NCBI GenBank assembly: GCA_046542505.1
Contig: JBKHBH010000003.1
Location: 1-62,372, forward strand
Direction of reading: 5' to 3'
From: Thermovirgaceae bacterium
Lineage (GTDB): Bacteria > Synergistota > Synergistia > Synergistales > Thermovirgaceae
Length of the DNA stretch: 62,372 nucleotides
Shown: positions 1 through 9,673 of the stretch, in pieces
Layout: each line of letters opens with the position of its first letter
Numbering within the stretch: the stretch's first letter is position 1
The notes under the pieces: generated by a model
The model's input: the letters and a program-made list of their open reading frames with translations, nothing else
What the model was told of the DNA's origin: nothing
Databases searched by the model: none
Translations under genes and position numbers: made by a program

Positions 1-1679
1 CAATCGCGATAAGGGAGGAAGCGATAGATATTGCCGTAAAGCTTCTCCTTGAGGGCAGGATACTGGCTGTCAAGGGGCTTGGGGGCTTTCACATCGCCTG
101 CCTTCCTGAAGATGGACCCGTCGCCCTGCTTCGGGAGCGAAAGAAAAGGCCCCACAAGCCTTTTGCCGTCATGGTCAGGGATATGGAAACTGCGCAAAGC
201 GTGGTTTGCACCAGTCCTGAAGCCGAACGTATGATGTGTTCCCCACGGTCCCCCATTGTGATCTGTCCGAAAAAAGAGGGGGAAAACGTCAGCGGTCTCC
301 TTGCTCCCGGCCAGGATACCCTGGGTGTCATGCTTCCCTATACACCTCTTCACCATTTGCTCATGGAACATATCCCGATCCTTGTCATGACCAGTGCCAA
401 TTTTTCAGAGAGCCCGATCCTGGCGACGAATGAGGAAGCCCTTCGGGACCTGGCAAATCTCGTCGATTACCTCCTTCTTCATGACCGGAGGATACAAAAC
501 AGGATCGATGATTCCGTTGTGACCTTTGCAGGCAAAAAGCAGATTCTGCTTCGCAGGGCGCGAGGCTTTGTCCCCCACCCGGTCGTCGCTGCGAAAAAGC
601 TCTCCCCGGTGCTTGCCTGTGGCCCGGAAATGAAGTCCACCTTTGCCCTCTCGCTTGGGAAATCCGTTATCGCGAGTCAATATCTGGGTGACCTGAAACG
701 CCTTGAGACGGCCCTGTACTATGAAAACACATTGCGCCATTTTCTGGATCTTTTCAGATTTTCGCCCCGGTTGGTTGTAAAGGACATGCATCCGCAGTAT
801 GTCTCCGGGTACATTGCTGACAGGGTGCTTGGGGAGGGGATAGAATCCCTGAAGGTCCAGCATCACCATGCCCATATGGCGTCATGTCTCCTTGAAAAGG
901 GTCTGGAAGGCCCGGTGATAGGCCTGATACTGGACGGAACCGGTTACGGAACGGACGGGAGCATTTGGGGAGGGGAAATCCTTTTTGGTGACTGCCGCTT
1001 TTTTAAAAGAGCGGGACACCTCCGCCAGGCTCCGCTTCCGGGCGGAGAAAAGGCCATTAAAGAGCCCTGGAGATATGCCCTTTCGCTGCTCATCGAGACT
1101 TTCGGAAAGGATGAAGCCATAGAAAAAGCATTTCGCCTCTGGCCGGCTTATGGGGCAATAATTCCTGCAGTTGCAGAGTCCTCGAAGGAATCTCCCGTCT
1201 CGTCTTCCTGCGGACGGCTTTTTGACGCCATCGCAGCCCTGTCGGGAGTCAGGAGCAGGATTACCTATGACGGTCAGGCCGCCATGGAACTTGAAGCTTG
1301 CGCGGAAGGCGACGGGGGAAAGAGCGTCCCCTTCCACGTCCTTCACGAAGACGATGGATATATCGTTGACTGGAGGCCCGCCGTAAGCTGGATTCTTGCC
1401 AATCTGGAAGAGATTGGTCCCCATGAGGTGGCAGGCGCCTTTCATGTCGGGCTTGCCGAGGCCCTGGCTGAAGCATGCCTGAACGTTTCCGGAAAGTACG
1501 GTGTCCAGAAGGTTGTGTTGTCGGGAGGAGTCTGGCAGAACCGTCGACTCCTTTCCCTTGCAGTTGCAGCGCTGAGAGGGAAAAATCTTGAACCTCTCTG
1601 GCATTCTTCCCTTTCTCCCAATGACGAGGCGGTATCGGTAGGCCAGATTGCCGTGGGCGCCGCTTACCTTAAGGGGTGA
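1..1679 (+). CDS. hypF: Carbamoyltransferase HypF ([NiFe]-hydrogenase maturation), 5'-truncated by window edge
   Basis: Frame is open from position 3 (AVKGLGGFHIAC, RKKRPHKPFAVM). Motifs GVMLPYTPLH, LVMTSAN, DDSVV, QHHHAH, DGTGYGTDG-IWGGE, SSCGRLFDA, PNDEAVSVGQ. Confidence 0.96.
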   Translation, partial: IAIREEAIDIAVKLLLEGRILAVKGLGGFHIACLPEDGPVALLRERKKRPHKPFAVMVRDMETAQSVVCTSPEAERMMCSPRSPIVICPKKEGENVSGLLAPGQDTLGVMLPYTPLHHLLMEHIPILVMTSANFSESPILATNEEALRDLANLVDYLLLHDRRIQNRIDDSVVTFAGKKQILLRRARGFVPHPVVAAKKLSPVLACGPEMKSTFALSLGKSVIASQYLGDLKRLETALYYENTLRHFLDLFRFSPRLVVKDMHPQYVSGYIADRVLGEGIESLKVQHHHAHMASCLLEKGLEGPVIGLILDGTGYGTDGSIWGGEILFGDCRFFKRAGHLRQAPLPGGEKAIKEPWRYALSLLIETFGKDEAIEKAFRLWPAYGAIIPAVAESSKESPVSSSCGRLFDAIAALSGVRSRITYDGQAAMELEACAEGDGGKSVPFHVLHEDDGYIVDWRPAVSWILANLEEIGPHEVAGAFHVGLAEALAEACLNVSGKYGVQKVVLSGGVWQNRRLLSLAVAALRGKNLEPLWHSSLSPNDEAVSVGQIAVGAAYLKG

Positions 1680-1692
1680 CAGATAAAAAGGG

Positions 1693-1728
1693 GCATTCCG
1701 GAGCCGGGAGTAACCGGCTCCGGAATGG
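1693..1728. terminator. Stem-loop between convergent hypF and glpX, probable bidirectional terminator
   Basis: Inverted repeat CATTCCGGAGCCGG-gagtaa-CCGGCTCCGGAATG, with a T-run downstream on the minus strand. Confidence 0.7.
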
Positions 1729-1730
1729 GT

Positions 1731-2768
1731 TTAGTCGTACCTCGGACCGTATTCGATATCACTGAACATTTCGAGTTTCCGGAGGCTGTGGATTGCGTCC
1801 ACATAACGGATAGTACCGCTCTTGGAACGCATTACGAGAGAGGTCGTCCGGATTCTGCTCCCTTCGTATCGCACCCCCTTGAGCAATTCGCCATCAGTGA
1901 CTCCCGTCGCGGCGAAAAAGACGTTGTCGGAGGTTACAAGGTCATTGATTCCCAACACCTGCTGGAGGTCCATCCCAAACTCCCGGCACTTGGCTGCTTC
2001 TTCTGAGTTTCTCGGCCAGAGCTTGCATTGCATGTTCCCGCCTACGCACTTCAACGCGCAGGCACTGACAACAGCTTCAGGCGACCCGCCTATTCCCACG
2101 AGCAGGTCGATGCCGCTTTCATCTTTGCACGTCATCAGGGCTCCGGCAATGTCACCGTCCGGGATAAGGCGGATTCTGGCTCCCGCTGAACGAATCTCCG
2201 CTATAATCTGTTCGTGTCTGGGGCGATCAAGGACGACTACCGTTACGTCTTCAACTGATTTGTGAAGCGCTTTGGCCACGCGCTTCAGGTTTTCCACTAT
2301 AGGAGCCTCGATATCGATAGCCTCTGCGGCTCCGGGACCCGCTGCAATCTTGTTCATGTAAAAAATGTGTTTGGGGTCGTACATGGTGTCTCTTTCCGAC
2401 AAGGCTACCACACTGATCGCATTGGGGCGCCCGAGGGCAAGAAGACGCGTTCCATCGATGGGATCGACAGCGATATCTACAAGCGGTTCTTCACCAGTCC
2501 CGATAACTTCTCCGCTATAAAGCATCGGAGCCTCGTCCTTTTCGCCTTCACCGACGACAACGACGCCATCCATGTTGATTGTGTTCAGCATGTACCTCAT
2601 TGCGTTGACTGCCGCATTGTCCGAAGCATTCTTGTCTCCTCTTCCCATCCAACGGCCGGCTGACATGGCGGCTGCCTCAGTGGCGCGGACAAGTTCCAAG
2701 GCCATGTTCCGTTCAGGCTGAGCCAATTTTCCCACCCCCCTCGATAGGTTATTCAGAATATTCGTCAT
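1731..2768 (-). CDS. glpX: Class II fructose-1,6-bisphosphatase
   Basis: ELVRATEAAA, GEGEKDEAPML, DIAVDPIDGT, LDRPRH, DGDI, ATGVTDG. Confidence 0.96.
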   Translation of the reverse strand: MTNILNNLSRGVGKLAQPERNMALELVRATEAAAMSAGRWMGRGDKNASDNAAVNAMRYMLNTINMDGVVVVGEGEKDEAPMLYSGEVIGTGEEPLVDIAVDPIDGTRLLALGRPNAISVVALSERDTMYDPKHIFYMNKIAAGPGAAEAIDIEAPIVENLKRVAKALHKSVEDVTVVVLDRPRHEQIIAEIRSAGARIRLIPDGDIAGALMTCKDESGIDLLVGIGGSPEAVVSACALKCVGGNMQCKLWPRNSEEAAKCREFGMDLQQVLGINDLVTSDNVFFAATGVTDGELLKGVRYEGSRIRTTSLVMRSKSGTIRYVDAIHSLRKLEMFSDIEYGPRYD

Positions 2769-4081
2769 TATTGCCCAGCTTCTCCTTGATTCTCACGAAA
2801 TCTGTCGAAAATCTCATCCACATATCTCACATAATAACCTACATCAAAGAGAGAATCCAAAAAATCGCTGCCGAGAACTTGTGAGATTGAAGGGTCCTGG
2901 AGACAAAGTTCGCGGAAATCGCTCCCCTTCTCCCAGGATTGCATGGCATTGCGTTGCACCGCCTCGTAGGCCCTTTCTCTTTCTATTCCCTTTTCGACAA
3001 GGGCAAGAAGGACCTTTTGACTGAAAATGAGCCCCTTTGTGAGTTCGAGGTTTTTGGCGATATTTTCTTCGAAGACGTCGAGATCCCGAATCAACGGCAG
3101 GAGGGATCTGAGCATGAACTGGATTACGTGGAAGCTGTCGGGCCATATAACCCTTTCCGTAGAAGAATGGCTGATATCTCTTTCATGCCACAAGGCGATG
3201 TTTTCCAGGGCGACGTTTGCATATCCCCTGAGGAGTCTTGCCATTCCGCAGAGCCGTTCCGAAAGAACCGGATTCCTTTTATGAGGCATCGCCGAAGATC
3301 CTTTCTGTCGTGAAGAAAACGGCTCCGCAGCCTCGAAGACTTCTGTGCGTTGAAGATGCCGGATTTCCAGTGCGACCCTTTCGATTGTTCCTCCGAGAAT
3401 TGCGAGGGAGGTCAACACTTCGGCGTGGATGTCGCGCTGAATGATTTGCGTTGATATGGGTGCCGGCTTCAGACACAGAATGTCGCACACCATGCGCTCT
3501 ATATCAGGCGGGCAGTGGGCATAGGTTCCGACCACTCCGGAAATCTTGCCCACTCGAACCGCCGTTTTGGCTTCAGAAAGACGTTTTCTGTCCCGAGACA
3601 ACTGGTCGTACCAATTCAGCATCTTGAGTCCGACCGTCGTTGGTTCCGCGTGGATTCCATGTGTTCGTCCGATGCACTGCAGATACCTGTATCTGTCCGC
3701 CTTCCGCAGGACAATGTCCATAAGCTCTTCAAGGTCCGCAAGAACGACATCCAGGGCATCGGACAGCATTAGCGATGTGGCCGTGTCTATGACGTCGCTG
3801 CTGGTCAGTCCCAGATGGATGAATCGCCCTTCAGGTCCGACGTTTTCTGCTACGGCCGTAACGAAGGCGATGACGTCGTGATGTACTTCGGACTCGATTT
3901 CCTGTATGCGCTCTTCGTTGAAGGTGGCTTTCGTCTGGATGACCTTGTTTGCCTCGGGTGGAATCCTACCCGCTTCCATCCATGCCTGACAGACGGCCAA
4001 CTCCACTCGAAGCCACGTGCCATAGCGGTTTTCATTGGACCAGATCCTGTCCATGTCAGGTGTGCTGTATCGTTCGATCAA
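2768..4081 (-). CDS. purB: Adenylosuccinate lyase
   Basis: MIERY start, HLGLTSSDVIDT, GRTHGIHAEPT, fumarase-family signature GSSAMPHKRNP. Confidence 0.97.
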   Translation of the reverse strand: MIERYSTPDMDRIWSNENRYGTWLRVELAVCQAWMEAGRIPPEANKVIQTKATFNEERIQEIESEVHHDVIAFVTAVAENVGPEGRFIHLGLTSSDVIDTATSLMLSDALDVVLADLEELMDIVLRKADRYRYLQCIGRTHGIHAEPTTVGLKMLNWYDQLSRDRKRLSEAKTAVRVGKISGVVGTYAHCPPDIERMVCDILCLKPAPISTQIIQRDIHAEVLTSLAILGGTIERVALEIRHLQRTEVFEAAEPFSSRQKGSSAMPHKRNPVLSERLCGMARLLRGYANVALENIALWHERDISHSSTERVIWPDSFHVIQFMLRSLLPLIRDLDVFEENIAKNLELTKGLIFSQKVLLALVEKGIERERAYEAVQRNAMQSWEKGSDFRELCLQDPSISQVLGSDFLDSLFDVGYYVRYVDEIFDRFRENQGEAGQ

Positions 4082-4087
4082 AAGACG

Positions 4088-4600
4088 TCATCCTTTCTTT
4101 TCGCCTTTGACGTCGCGCAGCCAGTCGGCTCTTACGGCGTCGAGAAAGGCGTCATATGTGCCCGAGGCGAAATCCGGGAAGGTATGGTCATAGGGTCGCC
4201 ACGCCTTTTTGGCGTATCTGAGGGTGACTTCGGCGAAAATTCCCTCCCTGAGGTAAATCCTGTGGGCATGATCCTTGGTGGAAGCGAGAACCAGTCTCGC
4301 TCCGTCAAGATACCCCGGATCAATGTTCACCTTCCTGGTGGAACCAGAGCGTTTTTCGAGTTCACAGGAATCCTTTTTCCAGTCCGCCAGTTCACCGGCC
4401 CTCCGTAACCCCCTGAAGGAAAAAAACCCCTTGAAAAGTCGCGGAGCGATCGCCCGGTAATAGTCAGTGTGGTCGAAGGGAAACCCCGAAAGGGTCCGTT
4501 CCACTGGGCCGAAAAGTTCTTCGAGCCTTTCGGCAACCCATTCCAGGTGTTCTTTATCAGGATAGAGAATGCCTGTTATGAGTTTTACCATCGGTCCCAT
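4088..4600 (-). CDS. DUF4416 family protein
   Basis: F-HTDYY, RKVNIDPGYL, LASTKDHAHRIYL-GIFAEVTL and FPDF match the DUF4416 pattern. Confidence 0.75.
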   Translation of the reverse strand: MGPMVKLITGILYPDKEHLEWVAERLEELFGPVERTLSGFPFDHTDYYRAIAPRLFKGFFSFRGLRRAGELADWKKDSCELEKRSGSTRKVNIDPGYLDGARLVLASTKDHAHRIYLREGIFAEVTLRYAKKAWRPYDHTFPDFASGTYDAFLDAVRADWLRDVKGEKKG

Positions 4601-4626
4601 GCAGGAAATTCCGCCTTTTTAATCAT

Positions 4627-5535
4627 TCAGTCAAGGAGCCCTTCTACGAAGTCTTCCGGTGAAAAGACGGTCAGATCTTCCGTGCCCTCCCCGAGTCCGA
4701 CGTATCTTACGGGAAGCCGCAGGTTCGATGTTACTGCCAGAAGAATACCAGCCTTGGCCGTGTGGTCGTACTTCGTGATAACCACTCCCGAAAGGTTAAG
4801 GATTTCGTGAAAGACTTTCGCCTGCGCAAAGGCGTTCTGCCCGGAAACTGCGTCCAGGACGAGCAATGTTTCTTTTTGCCATCCCTCACATTCCCTCTCT
4901 ATGATCCGGGAAACCTTTCGCAGTTCTTCCATCAGGTTTTTCTTTGTGTGCAGACGGCCCGCCGTGTCTATAATCAGGCAGTCCGCGTTTCCGGCTCCGG
5001 CGGAACGTATTGCGTCAAAAACAACGGCCGCAGGGTCGCTTCCGGGTTCGCGGGCGATAACTCCTATTCCGAGGGTCTTCCCGAGTTGTTTCAGTTGGTC
5101 GATGGCAGCTGACCTGAATGTGTCCGCTGCCACAAGAATAGGGTTCCTTCCTTCAGTTTCAAGTTTGTATGCGAATTTCGCCGCCGTGGTCGTTTTCCCG
5201 CTTCCGTTGACTCCGGCAAGGAGGATGACACATTGTTTCCCCTTTTCGCAGTTGACGGGTTTACCCATTCCCGGAATGGATGCCAGATTTTGCGTGAGGA
5301 TGTCCTTGAGGGTACTTTTAATGTCTTCTTTCCTTCGCGTTTTCTTGCGACGACTTTCTTCCTGAAGATCCCCGATGATCCTTTCAGAAGTTTCCACGCC
5401 TACGTCGCCCCGTATCAGGAGACTCTCGAGATCTTCCCAGAATTCATCGTCAACCTGACCGTCACCGCCCAGAAGGCTGTCAAGGCCCCATTTTGAGCCG
5501 ACGTTCTGGAGTTTTTTCCGAAACGTTTCAAGCAT
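4627..5535 (-). CDS. ftsY: Signal recognition particle receptor FtsY (NG domains only)
   Basis: GVNGSGKTTT, ADTFRSAA, DTAGRLH, TKYD, GLGEG-EDL--F. Confidence 0.96.
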   Translation of the reverse strand: MLETFRKKLQNVGSKWGLDSLLGGDGQVDDEFWEDLESLLIRGDVGVETSERIIGDLQEESRRKKTRRKEDIKSTLKDILTQNLASIPGMGKPVNCEKGKQCVILLAGVNGSGKTTTAAKFAYKLETEGRNPILVAADTFRSAAIDQLKQLGKTLGIGVIAREPGSDPAAVVFDAIRSAGAGNADCLIIDTAGRLHTKKNLMEELRKVSRIIERECEGWQKETLLVLDAVSGQNAFAQAKVFHEILNLSGVVITKYDHTAKAGILLAVTSNLRLPVRYVGLGEGTEDLTVFSPEDFVEGLLD

Positions 5536-5593
5536 TTTACGTCACTCCCCGAAGAGTATGGACTCTCAGTGCGATCTTTTTCAACGACTGGAG

Positions 5594-6874
5594 CTAACGT
5601 TTGTCCCGGGAGTGTCGTTCTTTTTTCCGGGGCTTGCGGCGTCCTGCTTTTCGCTGTGCATCAGTTTTTTCGGGCGAATTGTCCTTCACGTTCCCCCGGG
5701 AAGCCTGACGATTTCTCTGAGAGGAATCGCCGGAACCGGGTTTCTTCTGTCTTGGCTTCCTTCGGGAAGATCGGCGACGTTTTTTCTTCTCTGTTGTCCC
5801 AGCAGCCGAAGTTGCTTCTTTCTCTTTCGCGTTTTTTTCATCGTTTTTCTTCCGCCCTGTGCCGGAAGCTCCTTCGCCGTCCTTTTCCCCGTCGCGAAGG
5901 CCCTTTTGACAGGAAATATCCTCTGCTATGATGTTATCTGCTTCTTCTGGCATTTCAGGAAGAAACTCTTTTCCCACAGTGGTTTCGGTACGAGTGTTCT
6001 CCCAGGTCTTTCCCTCCTGGACGCACGCCTTGAAGTCCTCAAAGTCATCAACTTTCACAAGTAATTCTCCTTTTTCTGGGTGAAAGACGCGCACGGATTC
6101 TCTGCGAATATCGATACCGGACAAGATGTAATTCGCTCCGGGCGTTTTAATCTTGGTCCCCGGGTTGGGGAGGTTTTTCCAGAGTTCATGATACATGTCA
6201 TGCTCAAAGGCCATGCAGCACATCAGTCTTCCGCAGATTCCCGAAATCTTTGCGGGATTCAGTGCGAGGTTCTGTTCCTTGACCATTTTGATGCAAATCG
6301 GATCAAAACGTTCGAGCCAGTAGGAGCAGCAACAGGGCATGCCGCATGGCGCAAGACCCTTGACGACTTTTGCTTCGTCTCTGACGCCTATTTGCCTGAG
6401 TTCTATCCGCGTCTTGAAGGCTCTTGCAAGATCCCTGACGTAAGCCCTGAAGTCGATCCTCTGCTCCGCAGTGAAATAGAAAAAGAGCTTTTTGGTGTCA
6501 AGAAGGTACTCGACGTCAACCAGTTTCATGGGGAGCTTGTGGTCCCGGAGCATTTGCCTTGCGGAAGTAAGGATCTGTTTCTCTTCTTCTTCCTGTTTCT
6601 TTCTCGTTTTCACGTCTTCATCCGTAGCTGGCCGCTCGAAAGTGAGTTCCTGAAATGGCGGTTCACCGCCTTTTACCTGTGAATCTGAAGGACCTCCAAG
6701 GAGACGTTCCCTGTATTCGGCAACTTCCTCGGGGTCTGAAGGCCCTATCGTGATGGCCAGTTCAGATCCTCTTGCCGAAGAGACGACCACCTGGTCAGCT
6801 TTTTCGAGCTTGGTTTCCACTTCGAGGACCCCAAGGAACCTCGGTTTACCAAAGGTCATCAAATACATTGTCAA
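5594..6874 (-). CDS. ricT: PSP1-domain protein RicT/YaaT with long low-complexity C-terminal tail
   Basis: FYFTAEQRIDFR, TRIELRQIGVRDEAK, CGMPCCC, KISGICGRLMCC. TTG start 8 nt after an AGGAGG(G) SD. tmk-holB-yaaT synteny. Confidence 0.85.
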   Translation of the reverse strand: MTMYLMTFGKPRFLGVLEVETKLEKADQVVVSSARGSELAITIGPSDPEEVAEYRERLLGGPSDSQVKGGEPPFQELTFERPATDEDVKTRKKQEEEEKQILTSARQMLRDHKLPMKLVDVEYLLDTKKLFFYFTAEQRIDFRAYVRDLARAFKTRIELRQIGVRDEAKVVKGLAPCGMPCCCSYWLERFDPICIKMVKEQNLALNPAKISGICGRLMCCMAFEHDMYHELWKNLPNPGTKIKTPGANYILSGIDIRRESVRVFHPEKGELLVKVDDFEDFKACVQEGKTWENTRTETTVGKEFLPEMPEEADNIIAEDISCQKGLRDGEKDGEGASGTGRKKNDEKNAKEKEATSAAGTTEKKKRRRSSRRKPRQKKPGSGDSSQRNRQASRGNVKDNSPEKTDAQRKAGRRKPRKKERHSRDKR

Positions 6875-7604
6875 ATCTTGATCCCTCCTGAACTGCTTCA
6901 TGTACCAGATCCTGGATCATCGGTGTCGAAAGATTGGCTCTTTCCGCCAGGAGCCTGACGAGTTCGATTCGTGATGCGAGGCAAGGTTCTCTTTCTGCCA
7001 ATGCAGGCACCCATTCTGACATGTCGATGAGAATTTCCGCAGGTTTTTTGTTCTTTGTGAACTCGAACCATTTGAAAAAACTTGCTTTTCCCTCAGGTGG
7101 CTCAGCCCTGCCTTCTTTGTCCCCTGAGGGGTATGTAAACACGCGTAGCCGGCTTTTCAGCGTCGGTATAAGGGTATTCTCCTCAAGCACCAGAAGGATG
7201 CGGCCTTTCTCAGGAGGTTCTTCGGTGATTTTCAGAAGACTGTTCGCAGCCGGCAGGGAAAGCCTGTCACAGCCGAAAAGAACTGCAAGGCGACATGTCC
7301 CGACAACGGGCACCAGGGAAATTTCCTCCCATATATGCCGGCAGTCTTCAATTCCGGGCGGCTGGTCCAAAGAACCGATCATGACAAGGTCAGGATGGTT
7401 TTCTCCGTTCCACGAAAGGCACGAAGGGCACCTGTCTTTTGCATTTCCCGAGTGGCAGAGAACCCTGGATGCAAAGCGTGTGGCCAATTCCGTCTGGAGC
7501 GTTTTCGGTGCGACGATGGCAACGCTTTGACCTGTGTCGATGCAGCCCGACATGGCTTCCAGCATTTCCATCACTGCCGTTTTGTGCTTGCCCTGCTCCT
7601 GCAT
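6846..7604 (-). CDS. holB: DNA polymerase III delta-prime-like subunit (short, divergent)
   Basis: C..C-HPD, AANSLLKITEEPP and LIPTLKSR motifs. Lies between tmk and yaaT. Confidence 0.78.
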   Translation of the reverse strand: MQEQGKHKTAVMEMLEAMSGCIDTGQSVAIVAPKTLQTELATRFASRVLCHSGNAKDRCPSCLSWNGENHPDLVMIGSLDQPPGIEDCRHIWEEISLVPVVGTCRLAVLFGCDRLSLPAANSLLKITEEPPEKGRILLVLEENTLIPTLKSRLRVFTYPSGDKEGRAEPPEGKASFFKWFEFTKNKKPAEILIDMSEWVPALAEREPCLASRIELVRLLAERANLSTPMIQDLVHEAVQEGSRFDNVFDDLW

Positions 7605-7664
7605 CCGCTTCTCTCCTTCTTTTCAGGTTCTTCTACCGAAGTTTCATTCATCCTGATACGGGAT

Positions 7665-8276
7665 TTACGAAGCCGACATGAAGGCATGCAGCGCAGCTTC
7701 TATCTTCCGCGCTGTGTCTTCCGGCGTACCCCCGGCGTCTATCCTTCGAATTCTCCGGGGATTTTCCTTCCACAAGGACCTGTATCCTTTTGAAATTCTT
7801 TCCAGCAGGAATTTGTCGGCTTCGATCCTGTCCGGTTCTCCCCTGCATGTTACTCGTTCGAGAGCTGTTTTTACATTCACGTCGAGCCAGAAGGTAAGGT
7901 CCGGCTCCGGCAGGTCAATCGCAAGAATAACCTTTTGGACTTCTTTCTCCGGGAGACCACGTCCCCAAACCTGGTAGGCGAGAGTCGAGTCATTGTACCT
8001 CTCGCAAAGGACTATTTCCTTTCTTTTGAGCGCCGGAAGGATGACCCGCCTGGCATGCTCGCATCTGTCGGCCAGGAAAAGAAGGGCTTCCGTCCACGGG
8101 TGGCGAAAGTGTTCTTCTATAATAAGTTTCCGCAAGGGTTCGCCGCCTTCCCAGCCACCGGGTTCGCGTGTTCTTACCGTCGGACGTCCTGCAAAGGTTC
8201 TCGTAATGAGATGTTCCAAAATCCTCGCCTGGGTGCTTTTGCCGGAACCGTCAATACCTTCGAGCGTAATGAACAC
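7665..8276 (-). CDS. tmk: Thymidylate kinase
   Basis: FITLEGIDGSGKSTQ, TREPGG, EALLFLADR, ERYNDSTLAYQ. Confidence 0.96.
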   Translation of the reverse strand: MFITLEGIDGSGKSTQARILEHLITRTFAGRPTVRTREPGGWEGGEPLRKLIIEEHFRHPWTEALLFLADRCEHARRVILPALKRKEIVLCERYNDSTLAYQVWGRGLPEKEVQKVILAIDLPEPDLTFWLDVNVKTALERVTCRGEPDRIEADKFLLERISKGYRSLWKENPRRIRRIDAGGTPEDTARKIEAALHAFMSAS

Positions 8277-8398
8277 CCTTTGACCTCCCTGATCCGGTGG
8301 ACGAAGCCATCAATTTATCGTCCGGTCCACGTTTTTTCATAATCGAAAGATCCTGTACCGGAGAAGTTCCTTTCAAAGGGCCGGGTCGAACCCCCCTG

Positions 8399-9673
8399 CT
8401 AGAAACGGTAGTAGACTCCGATCGAATGTCTTTCTTCAGGTTCCCTGTCCTGATACTTGTAGAAAGCACCCCAGTCTTCACCGAGTTTGAAACGGCCTTC
8501 CGCGGACCAGCTACCACCGGATTCGTCCCACCACTGGGCACTGACGGACACGGGCCCACGAGAAAAATTGTCATTGAGTGCCATCCCCGTGCCCAGATAT
8601 CCATGGACCGCTCCCGCCCAGAAACGTGCAAAATTCGTCGAATATCCGATTGCCGCTGTAGCTCCATGTCTGTCACCGATATCCTGGGCTCCGAGCAGAA
8701 GTGAATAGGGGCTGGTACTTCGTTCGAAAAGGAATCTCGTGTCTAGAATGACATCTCGTTTTGAGTATCCTGACCCCACGCCGTGAAGGGCGACTTCGGA
8801 AGTGATGTCGATGTCGTCCAGAAAGGACATGATCCGGTCTGTTTTTTCAAAAAGCTCTCCCACTTCGTTCATCGAAAAAGGAGCGCCGCCCCCGTTTTCC
8901 CCTTCCAAGAATCCCCGAATAGATCCCGCCATGGACTGCATTTCCTGTGCCGCCATGCCCACGCGCTGAACGGCGAGTTTCATGTCTTTTCCAGAGGGAC
9001 CTTCTTCATCAAAGCGTCTGGCCATGGCATCGAGCCTGGCCGAGAGGTCCCGGAGCCTTGTGACCGTTTCCGAAAGGCTTATCCTGTTCTCCTCCACTAC
9101 ATCCTCGATACTCTTTGAGACACTCTGGATAGACAGACTCGCATCCCTGACGGATTCGCCTGTATCGTCGAGGAAAGTTTCCAATTTCGATGTCGCTGTT
9201 GTAAGGTCCGAAAGGAAACTCTTTACATGCTGAAATGTCAGCTTGATCTCTTCTAGACTCTGGCTGGCCTCAGACATGATTTCGTCAAAAGAAGGGGGAA
9301 TCTCTCCAGTACTCTGGTCTCCAGGTTGCAGGTCGGTTGTTGATGTTCCCCGTTTAACGGTGACACGGGGTTCCCCCAGGAGCCCGCCCATGTCTATGCT
9401 GAAAACGCTGTCCATGGGGATGCGTGTGCCTTCTCGGATTTCCAGTTCCACCAGAACGCCTCGCTCAAGCAGTCGCAGATCGGAGACCTTACCAGCCTCG
9501 ATGCCCGAGACAAGAACAGGAGCGCCCTTGACCAGGCCCATGGCATCATGGAAAAGGACATCCAGTTTATACCCTTCCTGGCGAAGCTTGCTGCCCCCGC
9601 TGATGAACACAAGGATGCCGGCAAAGATCAGTGCAAGCAAAACAGCGATCCCGACCCTCATTTCCCTGCTCAT
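8399..9673 (-). CDS. mlaD: MlaD/MCE-domain protein with helical linker and predicted C-terminal beta-barrel
   Basis: N-terminal TM helix (MRVGIAVLLALIF), MCE motif DAMGLVKGAPVLVSGIEAGKV...GLLGE, helical middle, C-terminus GVYYRF. ATG at 9673 overlaps the mlaF stop (ATGA). Confidence 0.85.
   Translation of the reverse strand: MSREMRVGIAVLLALIFAGILVFISGGSKLRQEGYKLDVLFHDAMGLVKGAPVLVSGIEAGKVSDLRLLERGVLVELEIREGTRIPMDSVFSIDMGGLLGEPRVTVKRGTSTTDLQPGDQSTGEIPPSFDEIMSEASQSLEEIKLTFQHVKSFLSDLTTATSKLETFLDDTGESVRDASLSIQSVSKSIEDVVEENRISLSETVTRLRDLSARLDAMARRFDEEGPSGKDMKLAVQRVGMAAQEMQSMAGSIRGFLEGENGGGAPFSMNEVGELFEKTDRIMSFLDDIDITSEVALHGVGSGYSKRDVILDTRFLFERSTSPYSLLLGAQDIGDRHGATAAIGYSTNFARFWAGAVHGYLGTGMALNDNFSRGPVSVSAQWWDESGGSWSAEGRFKLGEDWGAFYKYQDREPEERHSIGVYYRF

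Noticed and set aside
7570..7650. Short ORF MNETSVEEPEKKERS... before holB, suggesting a frameshifted holB N-terminus
   Set aside because: holB has its own SD (AAGGAG) and ATG, and no slippery site is evident.
8251..8398. Small ORF and GTGGAC/GTCCAC hairpin between mlaD and tmk
   Set aside because: No clear SD and a short stem. Indistinguishable from chance without comparative data.
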